Part shown: piece after piece, positions 38,501 through 51,790 of the stretch
Layout of the letters: each line of letters begins with the position of its first letter
Numbering within the stretch: position 1 is the stretch's first letter
Source of the DNA: Octopus vulgaris
Taxonomy: Eukaryota
Length of the DNA: 64,000 nucleotides
Direction: 5' to 3'
Assembly (NCBI GenBank): GCA_951406725.2
Contig: OX597820.1
Coordinates: 30,504,001-30,568,000 of the forward strand
Position numbers and translations under genes: made by a program
The notes under the pieces: model-generated
Seen by the model: only the letters and a program-made list of their open reading frames with translations
What the model was told of the DNA's origin: nothing
Databases searched by the model: none

Positions 38501-41500
38501 GTGGAAGAAGCCATACATCTGGCCAGTTTCAACATAAAACAGATAAGAATAGTAGGGTAGGATTTGGCCAGATTAAATAATGTCAACATTTCTTATCTAG
38601 GAAATTTAGAAAACAAAAGGGCTTTAAGCAGGCAAGCTAAACAAGGAAGAGACACAGGAGTTACAGTGAATATGGAGATATGACAAAAATAAGTAAACAG
38701 AACATCAAGGATGTTACAAATTATGGGAGACTTTGAAAGGAAACCTGGTTAGATTAATCAATAGATCATGAGATTCACTCCTGACGAAGTAACAAAACTG
38801 ACCAGTTTGATTGGTAAAACCGTTTAAAAAAAATTATTTCTATATTTGAGTTTATAGCATTAAAGAATAAGTACCCAGCCACAAAAGATATTACAACATT
38901 GGAAAACATGCTAGCACAAATCAAGGGAGCCTATGCTATTGCATATGAGGTAACAGCCTTGATTCTCTCCATGTATACACTACCATCTTATAAAAGGAAG
39001 GATGCATTGAGTAATATAGTAACTGTACTTGAGAAGACATCAAACTAAGTAAAATCGCAGTCATCCATACAGGCTTGTCTTTCACAGGTGCCGGTGTCAC
39101 GTAAAATGCAAAAATGCATCCATAGGTTGCATGTAAAAGCCCCCAGCACACACTGTAAAGTGGTTGTTGTTATGAAAGGCATCCAGCCATATAAACCATG
39201 CCACAACAGATAATCGGAATCTGGACAGCTCCCAACAGGCCAGTTCCCTGTCAAACCACCCAACCGATGCCAGCATACAAAACAGATGTTAAATGATGAC
39301 TATAATGATTGGAAAGAGATAAGTTGCCTGATAGGTACAGGTGTGACTATGTGGTTGAGAAACCTGCATCCTAACTACATGGTCTTAGCTTCAATCCCAG
39401 TATAGCACCTTCGGTGTGTGTCTTTTACTATAGCCCTGGGTCAATCAAAGCCTTGTGAGTGAATTTGATAGATGGAAACTGAAAGAAGCCTGTCGTGTCT
39501 GTTTGTGCTTGTCACATCTTGTGACGATTGAAAATGAGCAACTCCAATATACAGGTAATGTTATTTGCTTCTAATTTTTCATGGAAAATATGTTTAAGCA
39601 TGGGAAACATTATCTTGCTTGGAAATAGGTGAAGGCTGGCAACAGAAAGAGCACCCAGAGTAGAAAATCTACCTCGACAAATCCCACATAACCAGAGCAA
39701 GCATGGAAAAGTGAACATTAAATAATGGTGGTTATGGCTGCAACACCTTTGATCAGGTCACCGACCCCAAGCAACACAATGGACGCTATTTCAACATATC
39801 CATTATTTTAATACCAAGCAACAAATCATTAAAAGAAAACACAATTTATTTCATTAAAAGAAATTGTGTTTTCTTTAATATCAAATAAAATGCCTGGCAG
39901 AGAAAAATACCAAAATAAGGGGTATTTGGAATCTAGAATCTATCCAGCCTAGTTTACACTCCATCAGAGACAGCTGTAGAAAAAACACCCAAGCCTTTTA
40001 TAAACAGTTCAATATTTAGTGAATTATCACCTTCTTGACACCAACCCACCTGAAGTTGTCTCTTATTTATACAAAACCTATTTTGTAGTAGTCATACTTG
40101 ATTTAAAACCTTCCAACACCATTTTAACAAGAACCTTTGTAAGTTATGCTGTAAACACTACTACCTTCTTATGATAAAGTTATTTTAATAAACCCTCCAA
40201 GTTCTTATTTCCAAAACAAATGATAACATGAAAAGCAGGATGATCCTAAGTGGAACATTGTTGATCATAGGTCTGTTTAATCACAGCTGACTCTAGGACT
40301 TGACAAAAGATTACCTAAAAAATTTAATCAGGAAAAAAAAAAAAAAAAAAAATAAAGCCATGAAACCAAACTTGGAACAACAAAAATATAGTAAAAAAGT
40401 AAAATGAAACTGAAGCATACCTTGAACTTTCGTCACAGTTTCTAAAAATAGATAGAAAAAGAGATTTTGTAAAATACAAACAAAATAAAGCAATAGTTTA
40501 ATTTATATGTAAACAATGAAGCTAAAATCAACATTAAATTCTAGCTCCATATTTGTTGCTATATAGTTTTCATGACCATAATGTACATGGACATCAAGTT
40601 TAAAGCTCAATGGTCATGGTTTTTACTTGCTCCTACCTGTTGACATAATTGAAACATTTTGAAGTGAAATGGTTGGCATCAAGAAAGGGCACATACAGAT
40701 AATGAAAACACTGGTGACTACTATCATACAGGAGATTATACTTTGAGAGTCTTTTCAGAAACTAGATGGCTGAACTTTAAAACCTTGTTAGAAGCATTGT
40801 TATATTTCTAGGCATACAACTACTTGTCTTAAAGAAAAATATCACTTTATACATCAAAGTTGAGACTTATGTGTAAATCATACTAAAACCAACAAGCGCT
40901 TGTGAAATTAAATAGTTACAAGCATATAGAAAAGTATTTCAACTTCCTGTAAAATGCAAAACTATATTGCATTATTTCAAATTCACTAATGAGGAGGTAC
41001 AACTTATTTAACTTATGGAAAGTTCTAAGTGGCCCTTTATACCAAAAACCAGGTTAACAGGATCCGATCAAGTCACTCCTACTGCATTGTTCAAATGTTT
41101 TAAGTGCTACTGAAAAAGAATGTTGTCATACACAAACCCCTAATACAAACAACTTGCAAATGACAACTAACTTTTTTAGAGAAAGCTTTTATTCAGTGAC
41201 CTGATCCAGTAGGAATAGCTAAATCTCATTCAAACAACACCCTATTTTAGAGAGGACATTCGATAAAATAGTCCTTATAGACATGACAGTCACAACTGGA
41301 ATCACTTTCATCACAGTCCCGTTTATCAAGATTGACCTGGAGATAAAGAAAAACAAAATTTAAATAACAAACAAGACACAAGAAGTGATGCTGAGGCTCC
41401 TGTTTGCCAAGTGTACCAAATACCAAGAGCTTACATATTGCACTTAATTCCCACTACTCAAAATCCAATGCCTAATTATTTAGTTTAATGCTTCATTCAT

Positions 41501-44500
41501 TAAATGTAAATCAGTACCATTAACCATTATACGAGGTATAGTGTTAATCCTGATGGGAGTGGTACCTATAATCAGTTGAATCAACTTCATGTTAATGCTA
41601 CCTATTTCAAAGATACCAGTGAGAAATCAATCTTACACAAACTGACTGAAATATCCGACTAGACACCATAGAGTATCTGATTCCAGCTGATTCATCTACT
41701 CTTTTACTTATTTCAGATATTGGACTGCAGCCTTGCTGAGTTACGCCATTCAAAAATCCAGTCAAAATAGACGCAACTCTTATCTTAAGTCTACAGGTTT
41801 CTTTTTACTGAACTACTAAATTATGCAATTGTAAAATAAAAACAAAAGCTATCACGGATTGTCAAGCAGAGTGTGCGGAGACAAACCTAAATACACATAT
41901 ATTGTTGGTGTTAAGAAAGTCAGCCAGTAGTAGAAATCATGCCAAAGTAGACAGAAACACAACAGTCTTCTGACCTGACAGACCATTCAACGTATGCTAG
42001 TATGACAGCCAGATGTTACAAAATGATAATGATACATACACACTCACACAAATTCACTAGGCCCAAAGGTCTAGTAGGAGACACCTGAGCAAAGTTTCAA
42101 ACAGTGGGACTGAACCCAAAACCACATGGTTTAAACGTCTAACGACTCCATAATTCTCGGACCATAAAACCTCAACATTTCAATACACAAACAACAAAAC
42201 ATTTTAAACTGAGGCAGCGAGGGAAGTAATTCCCTACGTGTTCATTTCAGAAAAAGTGGTTATCTTCCCTTTGCTAGATGTCCTTTATGACGCCAATTTG
42301 TAAAATACCAAAGAACAGTGTATTACTTTGAACGAGGTAAATCAATATTTTTACGTTTCCATACCCAGAAACTACCATGAATTAATTGAACACTAAAAAT
42401 TTATGCCTTCGTTAATCAAAGAAGTTTTTCTTTTAACAACTGCCCTATTTCAACACCAGAGTAAGACTAACCCTTTCTACTCAAAGTAAAACTGACAGGG
42501 AAGTCAGCATTTTCATCAATTTAACGTCTACATTTCCATACTTGCGAGGGTCACATTGGGATTCATTCAAGAAGATTTTTCATGGCTGAATGCACTTCTT
42601 GTTGCCAACCCTCACCAGTTTAAAAGCAAAACAATGTTTGCTCCAAATCTGGACATGGGATTGCAAGCACAGCATGAGGTCAGGCGAGACAGAAACATCC
42701 ACCACACACAGGCTTCTTTTTAGTTTCCGCTAGGTAAATTTACTCACAAGGTTTTGATCAGTGTAGGGCTAGAGTAGAGGACACTTGTACAAGGTACAAG
42801 GTACTGCACTTTGGGACAGTTGTGAAGCTAACTTCTTAAACAAGCAAACATACTGTCTGTACATTTATCGTGTGTCACTCAGAAAAAAATCCTATCAATG
42901 AGCCTCAAGATATAACTAAAAACACAAATCCATGTGTGTGTGTGTGTGTGTACACACACACATGTGTATATCATATATATTTAAAATGTATGTATTGGGG
43001 GTTACTGGTGTTACTAAAAGACCCTGCAAGACTGCAGTCCAATGACTGAAAAAGTAAAATATATAAACAAATATGCATACTACACACATACACAATTATA
43101 TGTGTGTGAAAAATTAATATAAACAGCAGTTTGCAATGTTTCATCAAAAGGGAGATTTATAATTGTCCCCGAGTGTGACTAGGGTGTTAGAAACATCTAT
43201 ATTGTCAGAAATAAGAGCTAAAATGCTCCGATAATGCAGTCAACGCACATAAATGAAACATAAACTAACAGGGACCTTAATCAACCGAAAAATGCCGATA
43301 TACACACACATTCAAATTAAAATATTTTAGCTAATTTTGCCTATTGTTTTTTCTCACTACACATTCGTTGCCCAGAATAAAACAAAGCCGAATAAAATTC
43401 AGAGATTCCATTACAAACTAGCTATTGTAATTAATGTCAGAGCTATTGGTTAAAGTATAAACAAAAGAACTGGTTATAGAAAGCAGTCCTGACTTATTAA
43501 TTCACTTGAAATAAATTTAGTAACAGAACTGTATTAAGTGAGGGAGGGGGTAAATGAAAGGCATCACTAAAGCTACAAAGAAAAAAGAAACCAAACAAAT
43601 TACAAGACGAAATTTAGGATACTAATAATAATAATAATACTTCAATGCAATTTAAATCTGCTTTCTCTATTTTATAATAGCATTAATAAATTTAGGAGTC
43701 TATACTTAAAATATACCCATATTGTAAGAGTATAAGTGTGTACTAACAACTGAAATGTCACTGCTAGAACATTATCTTTCACCTGCAGATATTTGTGTAT
43801 GTGCGTGGGTACGTATGTATTTGTGTGTACACACACCAAACTAAAATAGGAGGTTGAGGAAAATTTTGTAAGTACAATGTACAAGGTCAAATTCGTAAAG
43901 GAGAAAGAAATATTTTTTAAAATATATGTTTATAAGTCCTAAGTCAACTCTGATCATGTTCCTCCCAGGTTTAAGATGCTGGCGTGAGATGAATTGGCTG
44001 CTATTTCTAATAGGTCGAGCGTCCACGAGAGGACTCTTGTCGACTCGAATACATATTTTTGACCCAGATGGAATTTGTACTGAGTATTGAGAGGATCAAA
44101 ACTAAAAACAACCACTGTAAACATACACACACGCACATATATGTGTGTGTGTGAGTGTGTGTGTACTTGTCCAACAGGTAAGTAGGTACTGGGGTATCTT
44201 TTATCGTGCTCCAGTTCGTGTAGATCAAACATTTGAAGTACAAGAAAACAGCAGATGTTATCAAATGAAATACATTCACAGCAACAATCCCACACAGACA
44301 AGATTAAACAGGAAATTTTAGCATCTAGTCAGAGGTAAAGAGCAAACTCAAACGGTAAACAAAATGAGATTTAGAGGAAAGTACTCATTAGTCGAACCTA
44401 GACGAAATGGTAAAAGGTGAAATAGTAAAAATTTACCAACAAGGTAAAAAATGTGAGAGATGGAGACTCTTAGCGTGTCGTGTCCACAACTGGAAAACAA

Positions 44501-44989
44501 ATGTTTTTACTGGATAAAATTACGTGACATAATCAATAGGTATATTATTATAAATGTTGCGTAAATCCAGTAGCAACATGACGGCGTTTATATTTCATAC
44601 ACACACAATATTAAATACATAATTTAATGACAGTTAAAATATTTTTATGTGTGTGTGTGTACACATACATACATACATATTCACTCTCGTATATCTAAAA
44701 ATCTCCTTTCATGTTTATTACTAAATTCTTACAAATGTTTCCGTTACCAAAGTGACCTGATTAACCAGTAGAAGTGGGGTGTTCCTGAAGAACTAGCTAA
44801 AGAACGGATGTGAATAAAATCAGGAGCTATTATTTCTGCTAGCAAGAAAGGGATTTATATATGATGCTTGTGTACGTGATGCAATGCTGCACAGAAGCAA
44901 AAAAAAAGGGGGGGCACTGAATGCACATGATGTGCGAAGACTGACAAGAAGAGATGCGAGTCTGTTGCACTAGATGAGTAATGGTGTGT

Positions 44990-45310
44990 ATTAACAATGA
45001 CTAAGGAAAGAAGAGCTGAGACAAAAACTGTACAAGATCAAAAGTAGCTAACAAGAGAATATTGCGATAATACGGACATGTGATGTGTATGGTGGATGGC
45101 TGTTGGGTATAGAAGCGCTGAGCGATCCTAGTAGAAGGAACCTGCGGAAGAGGAAGACTCAGAAAGGCAGAAACGGTGAATACCGATGTCAAAGAAGCTG
45201 AACGGAACAAAAGAGATGCCAAAGGACCTGAACGAATGGCGAGACGCTATGTTAGAAAACGACTAGTCTAAACATCATGCAAGCATGGAAAATAACAGAC
45301 GTAAAAATGA
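44990..45310 (+). mobile_element. Degenerate RTE LINE 3' end
   Basis: YGHVMCM...LVEGTCGRGR-like translation followed by the CATGCAAGCATGGAAAA...GACGTAAAAATGA tail. Confidence 0.7.
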
Positions 45311-47739
45311 TTTTTGTTTTTGCATGAGAAAGGCGTGTACAGATAACACAGGTACAACAACAATGAACGTGTGAAGCAATTAGAGTTTCCACATCTTATA
45401 CTTACATACTACAATACACAAATACACGACAATGAATATAATTTTAGGTCTTGGGCAATTAACAGCCTACCAGTACAAATCACATAACTATTTATACTAA
45501 TAATACATGTAGAGTATAGGAGCTTACTAGCACGAATTGCTGCCACTGACTGACTGACATGTTAGAATTTACACAAGCCCGTGTTCGGTTAGTAAAAGCA
45601 AGAGGAGGACTAGATTACCAACTCCATTTAATCCTGAAAAGCTAGCCATAAGTGATACGATGCCACGATATTAAACAGCTGATTCAGTAATAGCGGATAG
45701 AGAAATGTGTACGGTGGAAATGGGACGCTACTCTTTAAATGAATATTGCACAAGCACACGCAAATGTACGCGCGCGCACACATATATACATCTATATATA
45801 TACGTACACACAGACACATCTACGGTTAGGAAGCATATCTAAAATAGTAGCCACTAGGAAATAAGTTTTCACATATCTTTAATACAAAAGGGAGAGAAAA
45901 AAAATGTATCGACCTTCTCGATTTTCAAGAAGGGTACTGACAACCTATGTGGAAACTGTCCCAAAGGGCCCACGATACGCATTTTCAACAACTCACGTAT
46001 AATCCACCTCCTTTAACCACCACCATTCCCGGAGAGAGAAAAAAAAATCGGTTAGTCAGCGAGGATGTAAGCAACCCCTGGAGGACAAGGACAAAAATAC
46101 GACCCTTGTCTATATTAAGATCGCACATTCAGCTCGATACTTGCGATCCAATCAGAAACAATTAAATAAAAGCTAATTACAATCACTGACTGTTTTATTA
46201 ATTAAGAAAGAACTTTTTGAAAATTAGAATGCTGAAACGAATACATAAGACTGGATGATTTTCTATACTCGCGTACTGTGATGCACACACCATATACATA
46301 CACACACATTATATATATATATATATATATATATCCGCTGTAGAGAGCTAGTCTCCCTTGTCAGTCATTAAGATGATGCTGTCTGTGGTTATTGAGTTGT
46401 TTTGACTCTTATTTCTAGCAATGCTGGTACTACTTAGTACCCTGTCACTTTAGTGACGCCTATAATTTTATCTAAGCCATCCATACATATATATGCACAT
46501 ACAAAGAATGGGAAAAGCAGTTAAATGAAGTATTCAATACATCGAGTAATGAAGATGGCGGTGTGTGCGTGTGCGTGCAGTGAATTATTACATCATAAGC
46601 AGAACCCTATATAAGTGATGAAAGAAGTAAATACAAGAGTGATGTCTCCCCAAATGGCATTACTGTCGTATGTAATCCAACTGGAAATCGAAATCACATC
46701 TCGTCTCATGACACCCTCTGAGACATACATTAACAACCGAACACGTTTACATCCGCAAACAAACGAGTACCACACATGTACTAACGAAACAGCCTTCATG
46801 ACTCGTTTACTTAGTTTACAAATAAGCAACCTAATTTCCTTGAATTTCCACTCTGACGTCTAGAAGAAAGGGACTCGTTTAATGATCCAGTCTCAGATAC
46901 GAGGTAACGACTGGAACACCCTTTCCCTACAGGTCGACTAAATTAGGACCTAAGATACACAATAATAATACCATATTTGGGTGTTGAGATAAAAAAAAAA
47001 GAAAGGTTGAAAATATCGAAAAAGGTAACTGTTAGAGTTCCGAATGTGAAAGAAAGCATTAAGTGTGCACGTGAGAAGAAGAGAAAAGACAATCAATCAG
47101 ACTTTAATGCGATAAATTTGGTTATCACCCGAGTCTTACAGGAATCCGACCTTGCTTTTCACTCCCTACAAAAGGGGGCTGACAAAGTAGCTATCAGTTG
47201 TTTATAGTCAACACTGATCGAACAGACTTGTGATCTAAGACTTTTTAGTTGTGGTTATACCCAACGTGTATCTCCATTTTTGACACGGTGGGAGTTTTGG
47301 CTGTTATTTCTAGCTGTCAGAACGACCGTGTAGGAAGAGAGGTTTTCCTTTCATTATACTGAAACACTAGAATCTAAGAAAATTAATAATAGTTTGCGTC
47401 GGCAAATACCAAGCACAAAAGTTCACAAAGTGGAACACCTCACTTTGTCATGAGAAGCCTGTCTCCAACAGGACCCCTTCATCGGACAGATGAATGTTTA
47501 CATTAGGTGGTTGTTGAGGCCCAGGTCAGTAGCGATTGAGCACATTTACATTCATGTCGCGATTACCGCTTTGTATACACCGTGGACAAATACTATATTC
47601 ACCAATGTGTCCTTCTTAAAGACGATAAGAATGTAAATTGTAGAATACTCAGCTGCTATGTCTAGCAGGTCAAGCGACTAGTTGAAGGCTCCCTCGTGAC
47701 TCGCCCTGCCTTAGGTTCTTTGAAATATAAACGGGCATC

Positions 47740-48020
47740 TTCTTACTGCCTCCTCCGTCCTAAATGAAAATGCATGCCTCTTCAAAATGTTGAGACGGTG
47801 TTTAGGACGAAATGGAGTACTGTCACGTGACATGACCGCCATATTGCCGACAAGAAATTTTAGAAAAAGATAAATAAAAAAACATGGCCGCTGCTTCGTT
47901 GAAAAAGGAACGAGATGGGTGGTTTCCTTTCGAATGTTTACTAGGGAAGGAAAATTTGACAGTAAATTCAATGTCAAAATCCTAAGCAGAGATATTGCTA
48001 AAAGATTTAGACCAATAGCG
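47740..48020. promoter_or_regulatory. Intronic promoter/enhancer-like island
   Basis: Palindrome TGTCACGTGACA at 47821-47832, YY1-like AATATGGCGG (minus, 47836-47845), AACATGGCCGC (plus, 47881-47891) and CCAAT near 48012. Confidence 0.4.
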
Positions 48021-49034
48021 AGATTGAAAACGTTAATCTCGGAACTGAAAAGCTCTATATCACATATATGGACTGATTATTATATAAGAAACTCGAGTAG
48101 TATTTATATTGATTAATCTAGTGTACGTTTGTGCTGTTCACAAGTTTGCGTTGTCATGGGGGAGAGAAGACAAGACTTGTTCTGGGACTGTACCGCTTTC
48201 CCATCCATCACAGAGAAAAATATCTAACGTTCTGTGATTGTGTCTTAACGAAACCAAGAGTAAAATACTAAATGCATGTATGTAAATGGGTGCATAGATA
48301 CGTGGGAATTTTGAAGTTTTAAGAAATACTTTTAATCGATCTATAATCGTGAAAAAAATGCCAAAGGAATAAATGAAATATAATTTATAATAAATAAATC
48401 TAGTCTTTAGATGGAAAATTTAAATCAGGAAAAATTGTTAAAGCGTTATATTAATGAACGATATCAAAATGCTTCAACAAATATACAGCATAAGAATTTA
48501 TAAATCTAAATAAAATAATTTTGATAACATGATTTGTAGTGAAGAAACGTATTCTCTAACTTAGGTTATATGTATTATATCAATGTCTCATGAGCTACTT
48601 TCTTAAGGCAAAAAGAAAAATAGTGCTGATTACAAAGTTTCTTAATCAAACAAGGCGATCGGGGAACTAAATCAATCCCTTGAAAGCATTCTACAATATT
48701 AAATCATCCCTTTTTCAATGGTAGAGAGGTTAAAATAATCGATTAAGATCGATGTACCAGCGAAATCAGCATGGCTGAGAGACGAACCTCCCAAAATGTG
48801 AGAACACGTGGTATTCAAAATGGACGTTCAGGAGGCGGAGAACGTGGAGTCATGGAAAGCTACACTAAGAAAAACTAATATCTTAGTGACGAAGAACAAC
48901 AGTAAACACACAACCACCCCACTGAGTACATGCACACGTATATATAATAATTACAAATACAACAGATACACACACATATATAAAGGTATCGAACACATGT
49001 CTAGTGGATTTATTTAGCTACAAGTTACCATACG

Positions 49035-49250
49035 GTTGTCGTTTGGACCCAGGTCAAACTTGACCGAGAGACCTATGATCAAAGACAGTCTTCCATCCAT
49101 GACAAACATTTTTTCCCCACAGATACAGTGTGCATATCTACATTCTCAAACGTGTCCCTTTTTTAATAGAGTAGCATATGATTTTAAACAGATTCGGTTG
49201 ATATTTCTAGCAGGGCAAGCCAACACGTAGAGACAGGCTCCTTCTTGGCT
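49035..49250 (+). repeat. Dispersed ~200-bp repeat, family D (also about 9630-9810, 14490-14670, 30050-30240, 36025-36220, 36965-37140, 37320-37520, 41195-41345, 47190-47340, 47505-47700)
   Basis: Consensus CCCAGGTCA...GACCTATGATCAAAG...ATGACC...GATTTGGCTGCTATTTCTAGCAGG recurs in both orientations. Class not determined. Confidence 0.7.
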
Positions 49251-49290
49251 CGAGTTACCTACCATACGCTAAATAACTTTTGTTGTATGT

Positions 49291-49293
<3 letters not shown>

Positions 49294-49340
<47 letters not shown>

Positions 49341-49353
49341 TGTGTGTGTGTGT
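49294..49353. repeat. (TA)n then (TG)n microsatellite
   Basis: Directly visible. Confidence 0.95.
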
Positions 49354-50037
49354 CTGTATAATCACACAAACATATGCTCTATATAGGACAGTAGCAACTT
49401 ATGCTCAATAAATTTTTAAGGATTAGAAAATGAAACTCAAGATCATTAAACTATGTAGAATAGCATCAGAAAAATCGAACAGGATTTTTCTTCGAATACC
49501 ATTAATAGATAGCAGTAGGACTGGATGGTTATAATAACCTCAGAGCAAGAAAAAAAATCTAAAGTTCAAAGATCAAGTATGTCTAAATCTGAAACGTAAA
49601 ATCAAAAAATAAAACCACGTTTAAAAAACAAAACGTTATATTCTTTACATTCGTACAGCATACATAATGCTGTGTGTGTATGTATGTATATATATCGGTG
49701 AGTGTGTGTACATACACACACAATGTCGTAATTCCACGAATCGAGAGCTATTAATAGACAAAATATGAATACAAAACCAACGTAATTAAGTGGATCAAAG
49801 CAACTTTAATTATAAATTGCTAATAAATGTAATTTAAATACATATAAAACAAAGTACACTATCGCAAGTGCGTGGGTACATGGAGATACGAGGTGCAAGA
49901 TACAAGTGAAACATATGGACACATGTGGTCGACATGACCACATCTAGTCAAATTTATACCCTCCTCTTCGTGCAAGGATGCCACCCAACACCAAACCAGA
50001 TTTTTAAAAAAAAATACGATTATTGATTTACACTTAC

Positions 50038-50482
50038 CGATCGGTGTAGGATTAGCTTGTTTGCTGTTTCCAGTTTTACCCTTATTCCATGGATTGTGCT
50101 TCGGCAGGGGAGCTTCGACATATGTTTTGTTGTCGAATTTCTTCACTTCGACACGTGTTTGCGTGTTTGATCCTTTACTGGAATCTGACTTGGAGTTCCT
50201 CTTCCCATCGTCAGCTGTCGAGGTATTATTATTATTATTATGACTACTATTAGTAGCAGAGTGTCCGTTGGGGCCGGAAGAGGCTACTGCGGTTGGAGAG
50301 GACATAGTTGTGGGATGGGTATTGGCACTAGCCGTGGGACTGGCGTTGGTTTCGCTCTTTGACTTTCTCTGGTTCTCGGCGACTGTTTTATTTCGATGAG
50401 TGCTGCTGCAGTCCGGAGAGGAGACGAGGTGTGTTGTTGACGATGAGGTGCCCGTCGACTGTGATGAGACCTTTGTCGCCAT
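50038..50482 (-). CDS. LARP1: LARP1 coding exon 1 (445 nt, ends in phase 1)
   Basis: ATG at 50482 in AATATGGCG context. Low-complexity S/T/N-rich N-terminus followed by VEAPLPKHNPWNK, matching the LARP1 N-terminal EAPPPKVNPW motif. Donor TCG|GTAAGT at 50037. The ORF track runs past the donor. Confidence 0.88.
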
Positions 50483-51624
50483 ATTGAACGGTTTCTCGAG
50501 AAAAGACTGATCAAAGCAAGATATGTCTTTTGTGTCTCCCCGAACGTGCTTCAGGTTAACTAAAAGTCCTTGTCAGACTGGTGGTAGTTAAAGCACATAG
50601 AAAATACCATACATAGATGATGGTGGAAGTTTTATTTTGCTCTTAGATCTAGTAATGACGACAATTATAGTGGTTATAATGATTATTATTATTATATAAA
50701 CAATATAAAAAGCGCTTTTTAACTTCAGCAAGAATTGCAAAAAGGAAACAAAGTTTAATAAAAAGAAATTAATACGATTTCAAATGTATCTTATTTAGGT
50801 TCATACACACCAAAATTTTAAAAACATTTGAATAATCGTAAGAGAGGAATAAATCTTGCTTAAGCAGCAACAAAATTTGTGATTCAAAGCTTGTATCTTT
50901 TTCTTTTCTCTTTCTTTGCAAAATTAAGAAGAGATTAAAACGAAAAATAATCAGAATATTAATAACAATAATAATAGTAATCCTGGTTTTGAGGAATTTC
51001 CAATTAATAAACGGAATTAGCTACTTTTGGAGGGGGGTTATATATGCAGAGCTTTTTTTTTTGGTTTGATTTTAAAATAGCATTCCGTGTTTTATCCTTC
51101 ACCAACGTATTTTTTTTAAAATTGTCCTTTTTTTTGTACTATATAGATGTACTTTATGTAATGTATATAATATACACACACACAAACGAGCACTAATGCT
51201 TTATATGTATATATAGTTTTCTATAGCTAAATATATGCGCTGTATGTATGTATATGAGTGTGTGTAATTAAGTATATATACACACACAAATGTCTCTTAT
51301 AGTAGAGTTTTTTTCATCAAAATATTTAAAAGGGATCCTCTTTTTTTTTCCTTACTTGTTATCGTTTTTCTCTCCTGAAATAACTGAGGCAGACAGACAG
51401 AAAAAAAAAATGTCTTTTTTTTTCTCTTCTTCAAATTTTTCCCCCAAAGATGTGTCTTGTGGGAAGACACAAATTGTTGCGGGTAAAGTCCGTTGTATCA
51501 ATCAGTAAGTAAAATCCCAGTAGCGAAAAAAAAAATTTCAGTTTCAAGCTGCACAGCTCACACCCGCTCAGCCCACAAACAGCTTAAATGCCGTCTCTCC
51601 TACAAGTGGACTCCCTGCAAAAGC

Positions 51625-51790
51625 ACATGTCGCCATTACACGAGAGAAGGAGAATCGCGCATGCGTACCGAACAACAGTGGCGGGGGTGTTTGACTGTCG
51701 GTGTGGACGGAAGCGGTGGGGTGGTGGGGACGGCGACGGTGGACGTGAACAGTGTCACGTGACTGACCAGTACAGTAGCCATTGGTGCAG
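51625..51790 (-). promoter_or_regulatory. LARP1 core/proximal promoter
   Basis: CpG-rich patch containing: YY1-like AATGGCG (51631-51637, minus), pyrimidine tract (51642-51654, minus), NRF1-like GCGCATGCG (51657-51665), ETS CGGAAG (51708-51713), E-box/CLEAR GTCACGTGAC (51754-51763) and CCAAT (51781-51785, minus). It lies about 1.15 kb upstream of the ATG. Confidence 0.7.
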
